DNA of 64,000 nt from Candidatus Levyibacteriota bacterium (GTDB taxonomy: Bacteria; Patescibacteriota; Microgenomatia; Levybacterales; UBA12049). Of this stretch, positions 8,929-18,623 are shown piece after piece. Under the pieces are notes generated by a model. It made no database searches, was not told where the DNA came from, and saw nothing but the letters and a program-made list of their open reading frames with translations. Position 1 is the stretch's first letter; the number at the start of each line of letters is the position of its first letter. The position numbers and the translations under genes were made by a program. The DNA lies in NCBI GenBank assembly GCA_003173895.1, contig PJMG01000012.1, positions 35,448 through 99,447 on the forward strand, in the 5' to 3' direction.

Positions 8929-10644
8929 TTATCGTTTTTTTACATCCTTTATCTTAAGTTGTATGCTTTCTCTTCCATTCCACTCATTTCTATCTATTAC
9001 AAAAACTATATCAATTAAATCCCCTAGTTTAATATTCTGAAACTTATCAACCATATTAAATGCAATCCCATCAATTCTGAATTCTGAATTCTGAATTCTG
9101 AATTTCAATTTCACATGCTTTCTATCTTTTCCAATTAAATTTATTGACTCAATCTTTACATTTTTACTTAAAAATACTGGTTCTGGGTTACTCATTCCAA
9201 AAGGAGAAAGTTTTTGAATTTCATCATAAAAATTTAGATCAACTATAGATAATGGAATTTCCAAATCAATATTTAAAATTCTTTCTAAATGTTCCTCTAA
9301 AATTTCTATTAACGCTAACTCTTCCATTTTTTTCTTTAATACCCCAATTTTTACTGTTTCTATAGTAAAACCAGCAGCCATGGGATGTCCTCCAGCATTT
9401 ACTAAAAACTCAGAATGTTTTCTAATAAATTCAATAATATTAATACCACTTATTGAACGAGCAGAAGCTTTACTAACTCCATCTTTTTTAGAAATTACTA
9501 TTGAGGGTCGATAAAAAGTCTCCACTAATCGTCCTGCTACTAAACCAATAATCCCTTCTTCAAAATCATCTTCGATAATTAAAATATTTTTAATTTTTCC
9601 TCGACTTTTTACTACTTCAATGGCGCGAAGTGTCGAAGCTTGCGTTAATAATTGACGCTCTCTATTAGTTTGACCTAAAGTAAGTGCTAAATTCTGTGCT
9701 CTTTTAATATTTTTAGTACAAAGTAAACGTAAACTATCCATTGCAGATTCCAATCGTCCCATGGCATTAAGACGAGGAGCTATCATATGTCCTACCTCAT
9801 AAATTCCTATTTTTTTAGGGTCAATTCCTGCTTCCTTATATAACATTTGTAAACCTACTCTTTTAGTATCTCTTAAATATTCCAAACCAATTTTTACAAT
9901 CGCTCTATTTGCATCTTTCAGTGGCACTAAGTCAGCGATAGTTCCTAAAGTTACTAAATCTAAAAATTTAGAAGGATCTTCACTTTTTTCTTTACCCTTT
10001 ACGCTTAATACTTTTGTAATTTCTTGCGCAAGCAAATAAGCCACTCCTGCACCACATAGTTTAGTCGTATGAACAGTACTAAAACTTGGAGGCAATTTTT
10101 CACCTCCGCCAGCTGGCGGAGTATGATGATCTGTAATTATTACATCTATTCCATTTTTATTACTAAATTCCACAGCTTCATGTGCCACAATTCCATTATC
10201 AACTGTAATAATTAAACCAATTTTTTCTTTTTCATTTTTATTTATTAAATTTTCTATACCCTTAATCGATAGACCATAACCTTCCTCTACTCTATGAGGA
10301 ATATATGGTTCCACATTCGCACCTAATCCAAATAAAGTTTCCCATAAGATAGCAGTTCCTGTAATTCCATCTACATCATAATCGCCATAAATTATAATTT
10401 TTTCTTTACTTTCAATTGCTTTTTTTATACGTTTTAAACTTTTTTGCAGCTTTTTTTTATCAATCTCAACTGAATCAATTGTTATATCCTCTATTTTGGG
10501 ATTTAAATAATTTTCAATTTCCTTTTTTGTTTTCATTCCTCTATTTTCTAAAAGAATATTTAAAATTTTTCCCATTGTCATCTCAAGCGAAGTCGAGAGA
10601 TCTCGTTCTTTAATCTTTAAATTATTAACTATTTTCCATTTCAT
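8929..10644 (-). CDS. recJ: ssDNA-specific exonuclease RecJ, with four in-frame repeat-derived inserts
   Basis: YGDYDVDG, PHRVEEGYG, TVDNG, DHH, GTIAD, PRLNAMGR, GGHPMAAG; start ATG 10644. Confidence 0.96.
   Translation of the reverse strand: MKWKIVNNLKIKERDLSTSLEMTMGKILNILLENRGMKTKKEIENYLNPKIEDITIDSVEIDKKKLQKSLKRIKKAIESKEKIIIYGDYDVDGITGTAILWETLFGLGANVEPYIPHRVEEGYGLSIKGIENLINKNEKEKIGLIITVDNGIVAHEAVEFSNKNGIDVIITDHHTPPAGGGEKLPPSFSTVHTTKLCGAGVAYLLAQEITKVLSVKGKEKSEDPSKFLDLVTLGTIADLVPLKDANRAIVKIGLEYLRDTKRVGLQMLYKEAGIDPKKIGIYEVGHMIAPRLNAMGRLESAMDSLRLLCTKNIKRAQNLALTLGQTNRERQLLTQASTLRAIEVVKSRGKIKNILIIEDDFEEGIIGLVAGRLVETFYRPSIVISKKDGVSKASARSISGINIIEFIRKHSEFLVNAGGHPMAAGFTIETVKIGVLKKKMEELALIEILEEHLERILNIDLEIPLSIVDLNFYDEIQKLSPFGMSNPEPVFLSKNVKIESINLIGKDRKHVKLKFRIQNSEFRIDGIAFNMVDKFQNIKLGDLIDIVFVIDRNEWNGRESIQLKIKDVKKR
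9073..9104. repeat. heptamer tandem repeat (AATTCTG)4 inside recJ
   Basis: Encodes FRIQNSEFRI. Confidence 0.9.
9984..10006 (-). repeat. 23-bp heptamer-type element inside recJ
   Basis: AAGCGTAAAGGGTAAAGAAAAAA, identical to 57681-57703; both encode SVKGKEK. Confidence 0.85.
10104..10121. repeat. perfect 18-bp GC-rich palindrome inside recJ
   Basis: CTCCGCCAGCTGGCGGAG, encodes PPAGG right after DHH; variant at 58080. Confidence 0.85.
10576..10605. repeat. REP-like TGTCAT singlet inside recJ
   Basis: TGTCATCTCAAGCGAAGTCGAGAGATCTCG; encodes RDLSTSLEMT. Confidence 0.8.
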
Positions 10645-10671
10645 ATTTGATATAATTTTACCAGAAAATTT

Positions 10672-11145
10672 ATGAAAAGAGGGATTGATTACATAGGCGT
10701 AGGAGTAGGTGCTGCTATTTTTAATAATAAAGGACAATTATTAATTATGCTCCGTGGTAAAAAAGCTAAGAACGAAAGAGGCACATGGGAAATTCCTGGT
10801 GGCTCTGTAGAGTTTAATGAAACATTTGAACAAGCTCTAAAAAGAGAAGTAAAAGAAGAAATAGGAGTAGAAATAGAAATAATAGAACTTTTAGGAATTT
10901 GTGATCATATTATTCCTTCAGAAAAACAACACTGGGTAGCCCCTACATTTATTTGTAAAATTATAAAAGGTAAACCAAAAATAAAAGAAAAAGATAAATG
11001 CGAAAAGCTAGATTGGTTCACCTTAGAAGAAGCAGAAAAATTACCACTATCAATAATCACTAAATGGGATATAGAACAACTTAAAAAGAAATATATTTCC
11101 TTTTTCTCATCAATAAGTAAATCGAAAATACACCAAAAGGAATAA
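10672..11145 (+). CDS. NUDIX hydrolase
   Basis: PGGSVEFNETFEQALKREVKEEIG Nudix box. Confidence 0.92.
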   Translation: MKRGIDYIGVGVGAAIFNNKGQLLIMLRGKKAKNERGTWEIPGGSVEFNETFEQALKREVKEEIGVEIEIIELLGICDHIIPSEKQHWVAPTFICKIIKGKPKIKEKDKCEKLDWFTLEEAEKLPLSIITKWDIEQLKKKYISFFSSISKSKIHQKE

Positions 11146-13081
11146 ATAGAACTGTTACTAATTGTGCTTCTGGATTAGAAAAAGCATCTTCTATTTTATA
11201 GAAAATAAAATTTATAAAAGCTTTTGGCTGATGAATCAATTCTGATTTATTAACAATATAATCACCTTTTATATAATAAGGATTTGTATCCATTAAAATA
11301 TAATCTGCATCAGAAGGATTAGATAAAGTTAAGTCTACTAAATACATTTTATCTTTAGAATTAACTATTGGTGGGAATGCTAATAGATGATTTTTACTAT
11401 CTTTAATTTCTCCTACCGCATAAGAATTAATGGCATACCAATTTTTATCATTTAACTGTTTAATTTTAAAAATTAATTTTTGATTTGTATGGATATTAAT
11501 TTGTCCAGTGGATTTATGGATTATATGTAATATTAAAATCGCAAAATTATTTTCTGTAGATGTAATTTCAAACTTTATAGTGTTATGTTTTTTCATAGAA
11601 ATATATCCACTACTATTTTGCATTTTAGGATTTAAAAAAGTTAAATTTTTAAACTCATTCTGAAGTGAGAAAAGGTTAAAATTAGACTGATATGCTAAGA
11701 AAATAGATAAAATATAAAAACCAATAAAAAATGAAAATATAAATTGAGGAGTTCTAATAATTTTACCTATTTTACTCTCCTTATAATCATCCACATTTTT
11801 ATTTTCATTTTTATCTCTCTTAAAGTAAGGTCTTTCTAGAAAATAATAAGTAATACTGGAAATAATAATAACTAAAATAAAAATAATTATAATTTGAATA
11901 ATATTTATAAATAAATTAGTGGGTAAATTATGATCAATTACCATATGTAAAATAGTTGTATGAGTTAAATAGATGGAATAACTAATGGTCCCTAAAAAAA
12001 CTAAAAAATTAGAACTTAAAAACTTTGATAAAAAAGTTTTATGGTTTAAAGCAAAAGCCATTACAAAAGTTAGCGGAAATGCCCAAAGAATATGAATTAA
12101 AGGACTAAAAGATTGGGGGAAAACCCCTAAGAAAATAGTTTTATAAAATATTAAAAATAAAAATATAAATAAAGTTAAAATTGATAATTTATTAGGAAGT
12201 AATTTATCTAATTTTTCTATTAAATAAGATTTATTTTTATAAATATAACCTAAAATAATTCCTGCTATAAAATAAAAACAAATATAAACTTGTATCATAC
12301 TAAGAACAAATAGTTTTGAAGTTAGGAGAGTTAAACTACAAAATAATGGGATAAGTAAAATTAAAAATGTAATTTTTTCCCATCTTTTTCTTAACTTTAA
12401 AAAATTAATTAATGGTACGCAAATAATAGGATATAAAACGTAAAATAGTACTTCAGCTACTAAACTCCAATAAACTCCATCCAGCATAGGTACATAATTT
12501 CCTAGAGGTAAAGTTAAAGTGGCATTAACTAAAGCTATAGTCGTTTCTCTAAAAATATAGGGAAAATTATAGAAGAAAAATATTGGAGGCTGTCGCATGA
12601 TATAAAATGCATAAAATAATCCCATGAATATTTGAAGAATTAAAAATGAAAAAAACATTAATTTTCTCACACTGGTAGATGCAAACTTCTTAACTAAATA
12701 AACCCAGATAACATAAGTAAAAAGTGAATAAAGTAGAATGATTCCTATTTGAATAAGTGCATTTAAATGTGGCATTAACCATAGATTAAAACGAACGGCA
12801 ACCAAAGTAAGGAATAAAGGAAAAATACGAGTATATCTTTTTTGAAGAAAATGAAGGGAATTAGCAGGATTTGGATAAATACTTGCCATAAAAAATCCCG
12901 ACAGAATAAATAAAAGGGTAACTCCAGTTACTCCGCTCGTGAAAAGTATTTGACTTAGAAATGAACCAATTAAAGGATTTATAAAGAGAGTATTTATATG
13001 ATTTAAAACCACTAGTATTATGGCAAAACCACGGATTCCATCTAAAGCATGAAGACGAAAACTTCTGGAATTTTGTTCCAT
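11081..13081 (-). CDS. membrane acyltransferase (acyltransferase-3/OafA-like) with C-terminal extracytoplasmic domain
   Basis: LDGIRGFAI, LFILSGF, KRYTRIFP, WSLVAEVLFY, GTISYSIYLTH, YFLERP. Confidence 0.88.
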   Translation of the reverse strand: MEQNSRSFRLHALDGIRGFAIILVVLNHINTLFINPLIGSFLSQILFTSGVTGVTLLFILSGFFMASIYPNPANSLHFLQKRYTRIFPLFLTLVAVRFNLWLMPHLNALIQIGIILLYSLFTYVIWVYLVKKFASTSVRKLMFFSFLILQIFMGLFYAFYIMRQPPIFFFYNFPYIFRETTIALVNATLTLPLGNYVPMLDGVYWSLVAEVLFYVLYPIICVPLINFLKLRKRWEKITFLILLIPLFCSLTLLTSKLFVLSMIQVYICFYFIAGIILGYIYKNKSYLIEKLDKLLPNKLSILTLFIFLFLIFYKTIFLGVFPQSFSPLIHILWAFPLTFVMAFALNHKTFLSKFLSSNFLVFLGTISYSIYLTHTTILHMVIDHNLPTNLFINIIQIIIIFILVIIISSITYYFLERPYFKRDKNENKNVDDYKESKIGKIIRTPQFIFSFFIGFYILSIFLAYQSNFNLFSLQNEFKNLTFLNPKMQNSSGYISMKKHNTIKFEITSTENNFAILILHIIHKSTGQINIHTNQKLIFKIKQLNDKNWYAINSYAVGEIKDSKNHLLAFPPIVNSKDKMYLVDLTLSNPSDADYILMDTNPYYIKGDYIVNKSELIHQPKAFINFIFYKIEDAFSNPEAQLVTVLFIPFGVFSIYLLMRKRKYISF

Positions 13082-13210
13082 ATTTATTAAATTATACAAA
13101 CAAGTAATTTAGTCAATCAATAAGCAAGCCAAAAACTTTAAGTGCAAATAATAAGCTTTACCTAAAATAAATGTTAACCTAAATTTGCTTCGTGTTATAA
13201 TTAATATGTT

Positions 13211-14557
13211 ATGCAAATAAAAATTCCTTCAGAAATCAAAGAAAAAGTTTATGAGAAATTAGAAAAAGCAGGATTTGAAGTTTATTTAGTTGGAGGTTGT
13301 ATAAGAAATATACTATTAGAAAAAGAACCTAAAGACTGGGACCTCACTACTAATGCTACTCCAGAAGAAATTTTAAAAATTTTCCCAAATGGATTCTATG
13401 ATAATAATTTTGGCACAGTGGGAATTCCTGTAAAAAGTCAAATTGTCGAAATTACTACTTTTCGTACAGAACGGGATTATTTAGACTCTCGTCACCCATC
13501 CTCAGTTCAGTGGGGTAAAACTATAGAAGAAGATTTACAAAGACGAGATTTTACTATCAATGCTATGGCTTTAGATTCTAAATTCCAACTAGTTGATCCT
13601 TTTCATGGTCAAGAAGATTTAAAAAATAAACTTATCCACGCTGTCGGAGATTCTTCCAAGCGTTTTAAAGAAGACGCTCTTCGTCTAATGCGAGCTATTA
13701 GATTCGCTACTCAATTAGGTTTTACGATCGAAGAAAAAACTTGGAATTCAATAGTAGAAGACAGTGTTTTACTGGAGAGAATTTCAGGTGAAAGAATACG
13801 TGATGAATTTTTAAAGATTTTAGAAAGTCCAAATGCATATGAAGGAATTATGATGTTAAAAAATGCAGGACTTTTAAAATATATTATTCCCGAACTTTTA
13901 GACGGGATAGGATTATCTCAAGTGAGACCTGGACGTCATCATATTTATGACGTTTTTACACATAATATAATGTCTATGAAACTTTGTCCTTCCATAGATC
14001 CAATAGTTAAATTTGCCGCTCTTATTCATGATATTGGTAAACCATTTTGTCAATCAAAAGATGAAAATGGATTAATAATTTTTTATAACCATGAAATAGT
14101 TGGAGCAAAAATAGCTTATCAAATTTGTGAGCGATTAAAATTTTCTAAAAAAGAGCGAGAAAAAATAACTAAACTTATTCGCTGGCATATGTTTTCTGTA
14201 GATGAAGAACAAACTGATGCAGCTGTTAGAAGATTTATTAGGAAAGTTGGAATTGACAATATTAAAGATATGATTGATCTTAGAATTGGTGATCGTTTAG
14301 GTAGTGGTATACCAGAAGAAAGAGCAGAAAGTTGGAGACTTAAAAAATTTAAAGAAAGAGTTGAGAAAGAACTGGCTCCAGCTGCGTTTTCTATAAATAA
14401 TTTAGCAGTAGATGGAAATGATATTATGAGAATTTTAAATATTAAACCAAGTAGAAAAATTGGTGAAATTTTACAAAAATTATTTGGTGAAGTAGATGGC
14501 CATTTAGAATTAAATACTAAAGAATATTTAGAAAAAAAGATTAAAGAATTAGAATAA
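13211..14557 (+). CDS. cca: CCA tRNA nucleotidyltransferase with HD domain
   Basis: VGGCIR, DWDLTT, RRDFTINAMA, EDALRLMRAIRF, HDIGK. Confidence 0.93.
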   Translation: MQIKIPSEIKEKVYEKLEKAGFEVYLVGGCIRNILLEKEPKDWDLTTNATPEEILKIFPNGFYDNNFGTVGIPVKSQIVEITTFRTERDYLDSRHPSSVQWGKTIEEDLQRRDFTINAMALDSKFQLVDPFHGQEDLKNKLIHAVGDSSKRFKEDALRLMRAIRFATQLGFTIEEKTWNSIVEDSVLLERISGERIRDEFLKILESPNAYEGIMMLKNAGLLKYIIPELLDGIGLSQVRPGRHHIYDVFTHNIMSMKLCPSIDPIVKFAALIHDIGKPFCQSKDENGLIIFYNHEIVGAKIAYQICERLKFSKKEREKITKLIRWHMFSVDEEQTDAAVRRFIRKVGIDNIKDMIDLRIGDRLGSGIPEERAESWRLKKFKERVEKELAPAAFSINNLAVDGNDIMRILNIKPSRKIGEILQKLFGEVDGHLELNTKEYLEKKIKELE

Positions 14558-14706
14558 TAGTTTGCTTATTTCGTTTTTAGTATGTATAATAATTTTGTGA
14601 GAAATAATATTTCTCGCATTTGATTAAGGATCTCATAGTTAAAGTTTGCTGATTTAATATATAGTCTCCTCTTTTAAACCGCGGGAAATTTACTCATAAT
14701 TAGTTT

Positions 14707-15609
14707 ATGGATGTTATTCAAGTTAATAATTTAACTAAAAAATTTAAAGATTTTACAGCAGTTAATAATATTTCTTTTTCTATAAAGGAGGGTGAAATAG
14801 TGGGATTACTAGGACCTAATGGTGCGGGAAAAACTACTACTATTCAAATGCTACTAGGAGTTTTAACACCAAGCAGTGGAGAGATAAAATATTTTGGTAA
14901 AAATTTAAAAACTCACAGAGAGATTTTAGAAAACGTAAATTTCTCTACCACTTATACTAATTTACCATGGGATTTATCTGTTTTGGAAAATTTAACATTT
15001 GTATCTTATCTTTATGAAATAAAAAATAGAAAAGAAAGAATTAATGAAATAATTAAAATTTTTCAGCTAGAGGATTTAAAAAATAAAACGATGGGCCAAT
15101 TATCTGCAGGACAATTAACTCGTGTTAATTTAGCTAAAGCATTTATTAATAATCCTAAAGTTTTACTTTTAGATGAACCTACAGCATCCATGGATCCTGA
15201 TATAGCAACCTATTTACGTAATTTTATATTAGAAAGAAAAGAGGAAAATAATATGTCTATTATTTGGACTTCTCATGATATGTTCGAAGTAGAAAAAGTG
15301 TGTGATAGAGTTATTTTTATAAACAGCGGCCAGATTATCGCAGATGATAAACCAGAAAATTTAGCCAAAACTATTCAAAATTCACATATAGAATTATTGA
15401 TTAAAGATGGATTGAAACGACTTATAAACTATTGTGATAAAAATAAACTTAAATACATATCAGAAAAAAGAATTATTACCATTGATGTTAAGGAAAGTGA
15501 AATATCTAAATTTTTGAGAGATATCGCTGATACAAAAATTATTTTTGAGGAAATTAGTATAGAAAAACCAAATTTAGAGGATTATTTTTTGGAGGTGGCA
15601 AAAAAATGA
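14707..15609 (+). CDS. ABC-2 type transporter ATP-binding protein
   Basis: GPNGAGKTT, LSAGQ, LLLDEPT. Confidence 0.93.
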   Translation: MDVIQVNNLTKKFKDFTAVNNISFSIKEGEIVGLLGPNGAGKTTTIQMLLGVLTPSSGEIKYFGKNLKTHREILENVNFSTTYTNLPWDLSVLENLTFVSYLYEIKNRKERINEIIKIFQLEDLKNKTMGQLSAGQLTRVNLAKAFINNPKVLLLDEPTASMDPDIATYLRNFILERKEENNMSIIWTSHDMFEVEKVCDRVIFINSGQIIADDKPENLAKTIQNSHIELLIKDGLKRLINYCDKNKLKYISEKRIITIDVKESEISKFLRDIADTKIIFEEISIEKPNLEDYFLEVAKK

Positions 15610-16397
15610 AAGTTAATTTAAGACGAGTTTACGCTATTATTTTGAGATATATGTTTTTATTTAGAAGAAGCTATGATCGCTTAACTGATGCTTTTTATTG
15701 GCCTGTTATTGATTTATTTGTGTGGGGTTTAACCAGTAGTTATCTTAAAAGTTTTGCGCCAAAAGCCTCACCTATTATTCTAATGGTCGTTTCAGGAATT
15801 TTACTTTGGCTTATTGTTTGGCGAGCCCAGTATGAAATTAGTGGAGGAATTTTAGAAGATTTATGGAATAAAAATTTAATCAATATTTTCGTATCTCCAC
15901 TTACATTCTTAGAATGGAATTTAGCATTTATAACAGTTGGTTTAATTAAAATTATCGTAAGCGTACCCTTTGCTATGTTAGTAGCTTATCTTTTGTATCA
16001 TGTTCAAATTTTTCTTTACGGTTTTTATTTAATTCCTTTTGCCATTTCATTAACCATATCTGGTTGGTGGATAGGATTTTTAGTAGCGGGAATTATTTTA
16101 AGATATGGAACTAAAGTTCAAACTATCGCATGGGCGAGTGTAGGTCTTATTTCTCCATTCGCAGCTATTTATTATCCAGTATCTATATTACCCATGTGGG
16201 CTCAAAAAATTGCTTATCTTATTCCTATGACATATATTTTCGAAGGTTCTAGACAAATAATTTTTCAGCATAAATTAGATCCTGAAAAATTAATAATGAG
16301 TTTTGTATTAAATGCAGTATATTTAATAGCTACTATTATTTTTGTAAGATCTTCATTTAAAAAGATCTTAAATAAAGGACTTATAAGGCTAGCATAA
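15606..16397 (+). CDS. ABC-2 type transporter permease
   Basis: Six-TM pattern, YYPVSILP; ATGA overlap with ATPase gene. Confidence 0.88.
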   Translation: MKVNLRRVYAIILRYMFLFRRSYDRLTDAFYWPVIDLFVWGLTSSYLKSFAPKASPIILMVVSGILLWLIVWRAQYEISGGILEDLWNKNLINIFVSPLTFLEWNLAFITVGLIKIIVSVPFAMLVAYLLYHVQIFLYGFYLIPFAISLTISGWWIGFLVAGIILRYGTKVQTIAWASVGLISPFAAIYYPVSILPMWAQKIAYLIPMTYIFEGSRQIIFQHKLDPEKLIMSFVLNAVYLIATIIFVRSSFKKILNKGLIRLA

Positions 16398-16416
16398 AAA
16401 CTGATATAATTTTTTT

Positions 16417-16872
16417 ATGGAAAACTGTATTTTTTGTCAAATCGTAAATGGTAAAGCTCCATCGCATAAAGTTTGGGAAGATGAAAATTATTTAGCATTT
16501 CTTTCTATATTCCCTAATACTGAAGGAGTAACAGTAGTAATTCCAAAGAAACATTATTCCAGTTACGTTTTTGATTTATCAGATGAAGTATTATCAGAAT
16601 TTATTTTAAAAGTTAAAAAAGTGGCTAAAATACTAGATGCTAAATTAGAAGATGTGGGAAGAACTGGTTTAATTTTTGAAGGATTTGGAGTAGATCATTT
16701 ACATGCTAAATTATATCCTATGCATCGGACAGCTAACATGAAAGAATGGGCTAAGATTGAATCTCAAATAGATAAATATTTTGAAAAATATGAGGGTTAT
16801 TTATCTTCACACGATGCTAAAAGAGCAGATGATCAAATACTTGCAAAATTAGCAGAAAAATTGAGAAAATAA
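16417..16872 (+). CDS. HIT family hydrolase
   Basis: CIFCQI, VDHLHAKLYP (variant triad). Confidence 0.88.
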   Translation: MENCIFCQIVNGKAPSHKVWEDENYLAFLSIFPNTEGVTVVIPKKHYSSYVFDLSDEVLSEFILKVKKVAKILDAKLEDVGRTGLIFEGFGVDHLHAKLYPMHRTANMKEWAKIESQIDKYFEKYEGYLSSHDAKRADDQILAKLAEKLRK

Positions 16873-16876
16873 AGAT

Positions 16877-17329
16877 ATGTCAAAACAAGAATTACGTGAT
16901 CAACTAAAAACTTCTATGTTCGCGAAAGACGAATTAAAAACGTCTGTTCTTCGTATGCTACTTTCTGCTATTACCTATTATGAAATAAATAAAGGTGGGG
17001 CTGGATATGAAGCTACAGATGAAGATGTTTTATCAGTTATTCAAACTCAAATTAAACAAAGGAGAGATAGTATAGAACAGTTTGAAAAAGGTGGACGACC
17101 AGAATTAGCTGAAAAGGAAAAGAAAGAATTAGAATTATTACAAGTTTACATGCCTGCTCAAATGAGTGAAGATGAGATAAAAGCTTTAGTTAAAGAAGCA
17201 ATTAGTCAAACAGGAGCAGCAACCATGCAAGATATGGGAAAAGTTATGGGTGCTCTTATGCCCAAAACTAAAGGCAAAGCAGATGGAAGTTTAGTAAGTA
17301 AAATCGTTAAGGAAGAATTAAATAAATAA
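16877..17329 (+). CDS. GatB/YqeY domain protein
   Basis: KQRRDSIEQF, DMGKVMG, GKADG. Confidence 0.93.
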   Translation: MSKQELRDQLKTSMFAKDELKTSVLRMLLSAITYYEINKGGAGYEATDEDVLSVIQTQIKQRRDSIEQFEKGGRPELAEKEKKELELLQVYMPAQMSEDEIKALVKEAISQTGAATMQDMGKVMGALMPKTKGKADGSLVSKIVKEELNK

Positions 17330-17330
17330 T

Positions 17331-17738
17331 TTATCTATCTTCAAGTCTATAAACGAATTTTAACCCTGACCAAGTTTCATCAATAGCGCATACTTTTACA
17401 TCCACTACTCCATGAGATAAACCAATTTCTCGAATTATATTTTCATTTAAATCAGTTAATATTTTTGATGTTTTCTTGGACCAAGAAATCCAGAGCATTC
17501 CTGATCTTTTTAAAGATTTAATTAAAAATGGAAACATTTTTTCTAGTTGTTTTTTATCTGTAGCGAAAAAATGAATTATATCCCACATACTCCCATCGAT
17601 TTTTAATTTTACATTTTTAGGCAGTGGTCCTAAAAGTTTAAAGTAGTTTTCTGGTTCGTTCAAAACAAGTAGAGAATTTCCATCTTTTATTCCAAGTTTT
17701 TCTATAAGAGTTTTTTTTGAATAACCTGAAGTAATCAT
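17331..17738 (-). CDS. DUF3052-like protein
   Basis: GYS...KLGIK, LWISW.KK, VDVKVCAIDETWSGLKFV. Confidence 0.8.
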   Translation of the reverse strand: MITSGYSKKTLIEKLGIKDGNSLLVLNEPENYFKLLGPLPKNVKLKIDGSMWDIIHFFATDKKQLEKMFPFLIKSLKRSGMLWISWSKKTSKILTDLNENIIREIGLSHGVVDVKVCAIDETWSGLKFVYRLEDR

Positions 17739-18622
17739 TTTTTCTTTTTACCTAAATCGTTCCAAACTATTAAAAGTTGTGAGGCATTAAAAATAGATGA
17801 GTAGGTTCCACTTATAGTACCTATAAGTAAAGCAATTATAAACCATCTTACACTACCTGCTCCAAATAAAAGAAGTGATGTTAAAACTAAAATAACAGTA
17901 AGTGAAGTTTTTAAAGATCGTCCTAATGTTTGAAGTAAAGAATCATTAACTACTTGATCAAAATCATTAATTAAATTCTTTTTTAAATTTTCTCGAATTC
18001 TATCAAAAACTACGATCGTATCATGAACTGAAAATCCTACTACTGTTAAAATCGCAGTAACAAATAAACTATCTATCTCAATGCCAAAGAAATGTCCCAA
18101 AATAGAGAATATCCCAACGACCACTAATACATCATGAAGTAAAGCGATTATGGCACAAATTCCGAATTTTAAACTACTGGCGGGTTTGGGCACTTCGCGA
18201 AAAGCAAACCAGATATAAAGTACAATTAATAACGAAGCTAATAATACTGAATAGAATGCGTTTTTAGTAGTTTCAGCTCCAATTACTGGTCCTACTGTTT
18301 GGAAACTATCTTCACTAATATTTTCTTTTTTAAGAGTAGAAACAATTATTCTATTTTTAGTATCTATTATAACTTTAGACTTTACTAAGATTTCATTATT
18401 GGATTGAACTATGGAACCAATTTCAATATTTTCATTTTTTAAATTTTTTTGAATTTTATTTTTGGCATCATTATATGATCCTTTATATGAAAAACTGGAT
18501 TGTGATCCCCCACTAAAATCAATGGCTGGATTTAGTCCCCATATTAAAAGAGAAATTAAACCTGGAATTATAATTATTAACGAAATTGCAAAATATATTT
18601 TTTTAAATTTAATTAAGTTCAT
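17735..18622 (-). CDS. secF: protein translocase subunit SecF
   Basis: IDFSGG, VGPVIG, LLHD, DTIVVFDRIREN, GTYSSIF. Confidence 0.95.
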   Translation of the reverse strand: MNLIKFKKIYFAISLIIIIPGLISLLIWGLNPAIDFSGGSQSSFSYKGSYNDAKNKIQKNLKNENIEIGSIVQSNNEILVKSKVIIDTKNRIIVSTLKKENISEDSFQTVGPVIGAETTKNAFYSVLLASLLIVLYIWFAFREVPKPASSLKFGICAIIALLHDVLVVVGIFSILGHFFGIEIDSLFVTAILTVVGFSVHDTIVVFDRIRENLKKNLINDFDQVVNDSLLQTLGRSLKTSLTVILVLTSLLLFGAGSVRWFIIALLIGTISGTYSSIFNASQLLIVWNDLGKKKK

Positions 18623-18623
18623 A

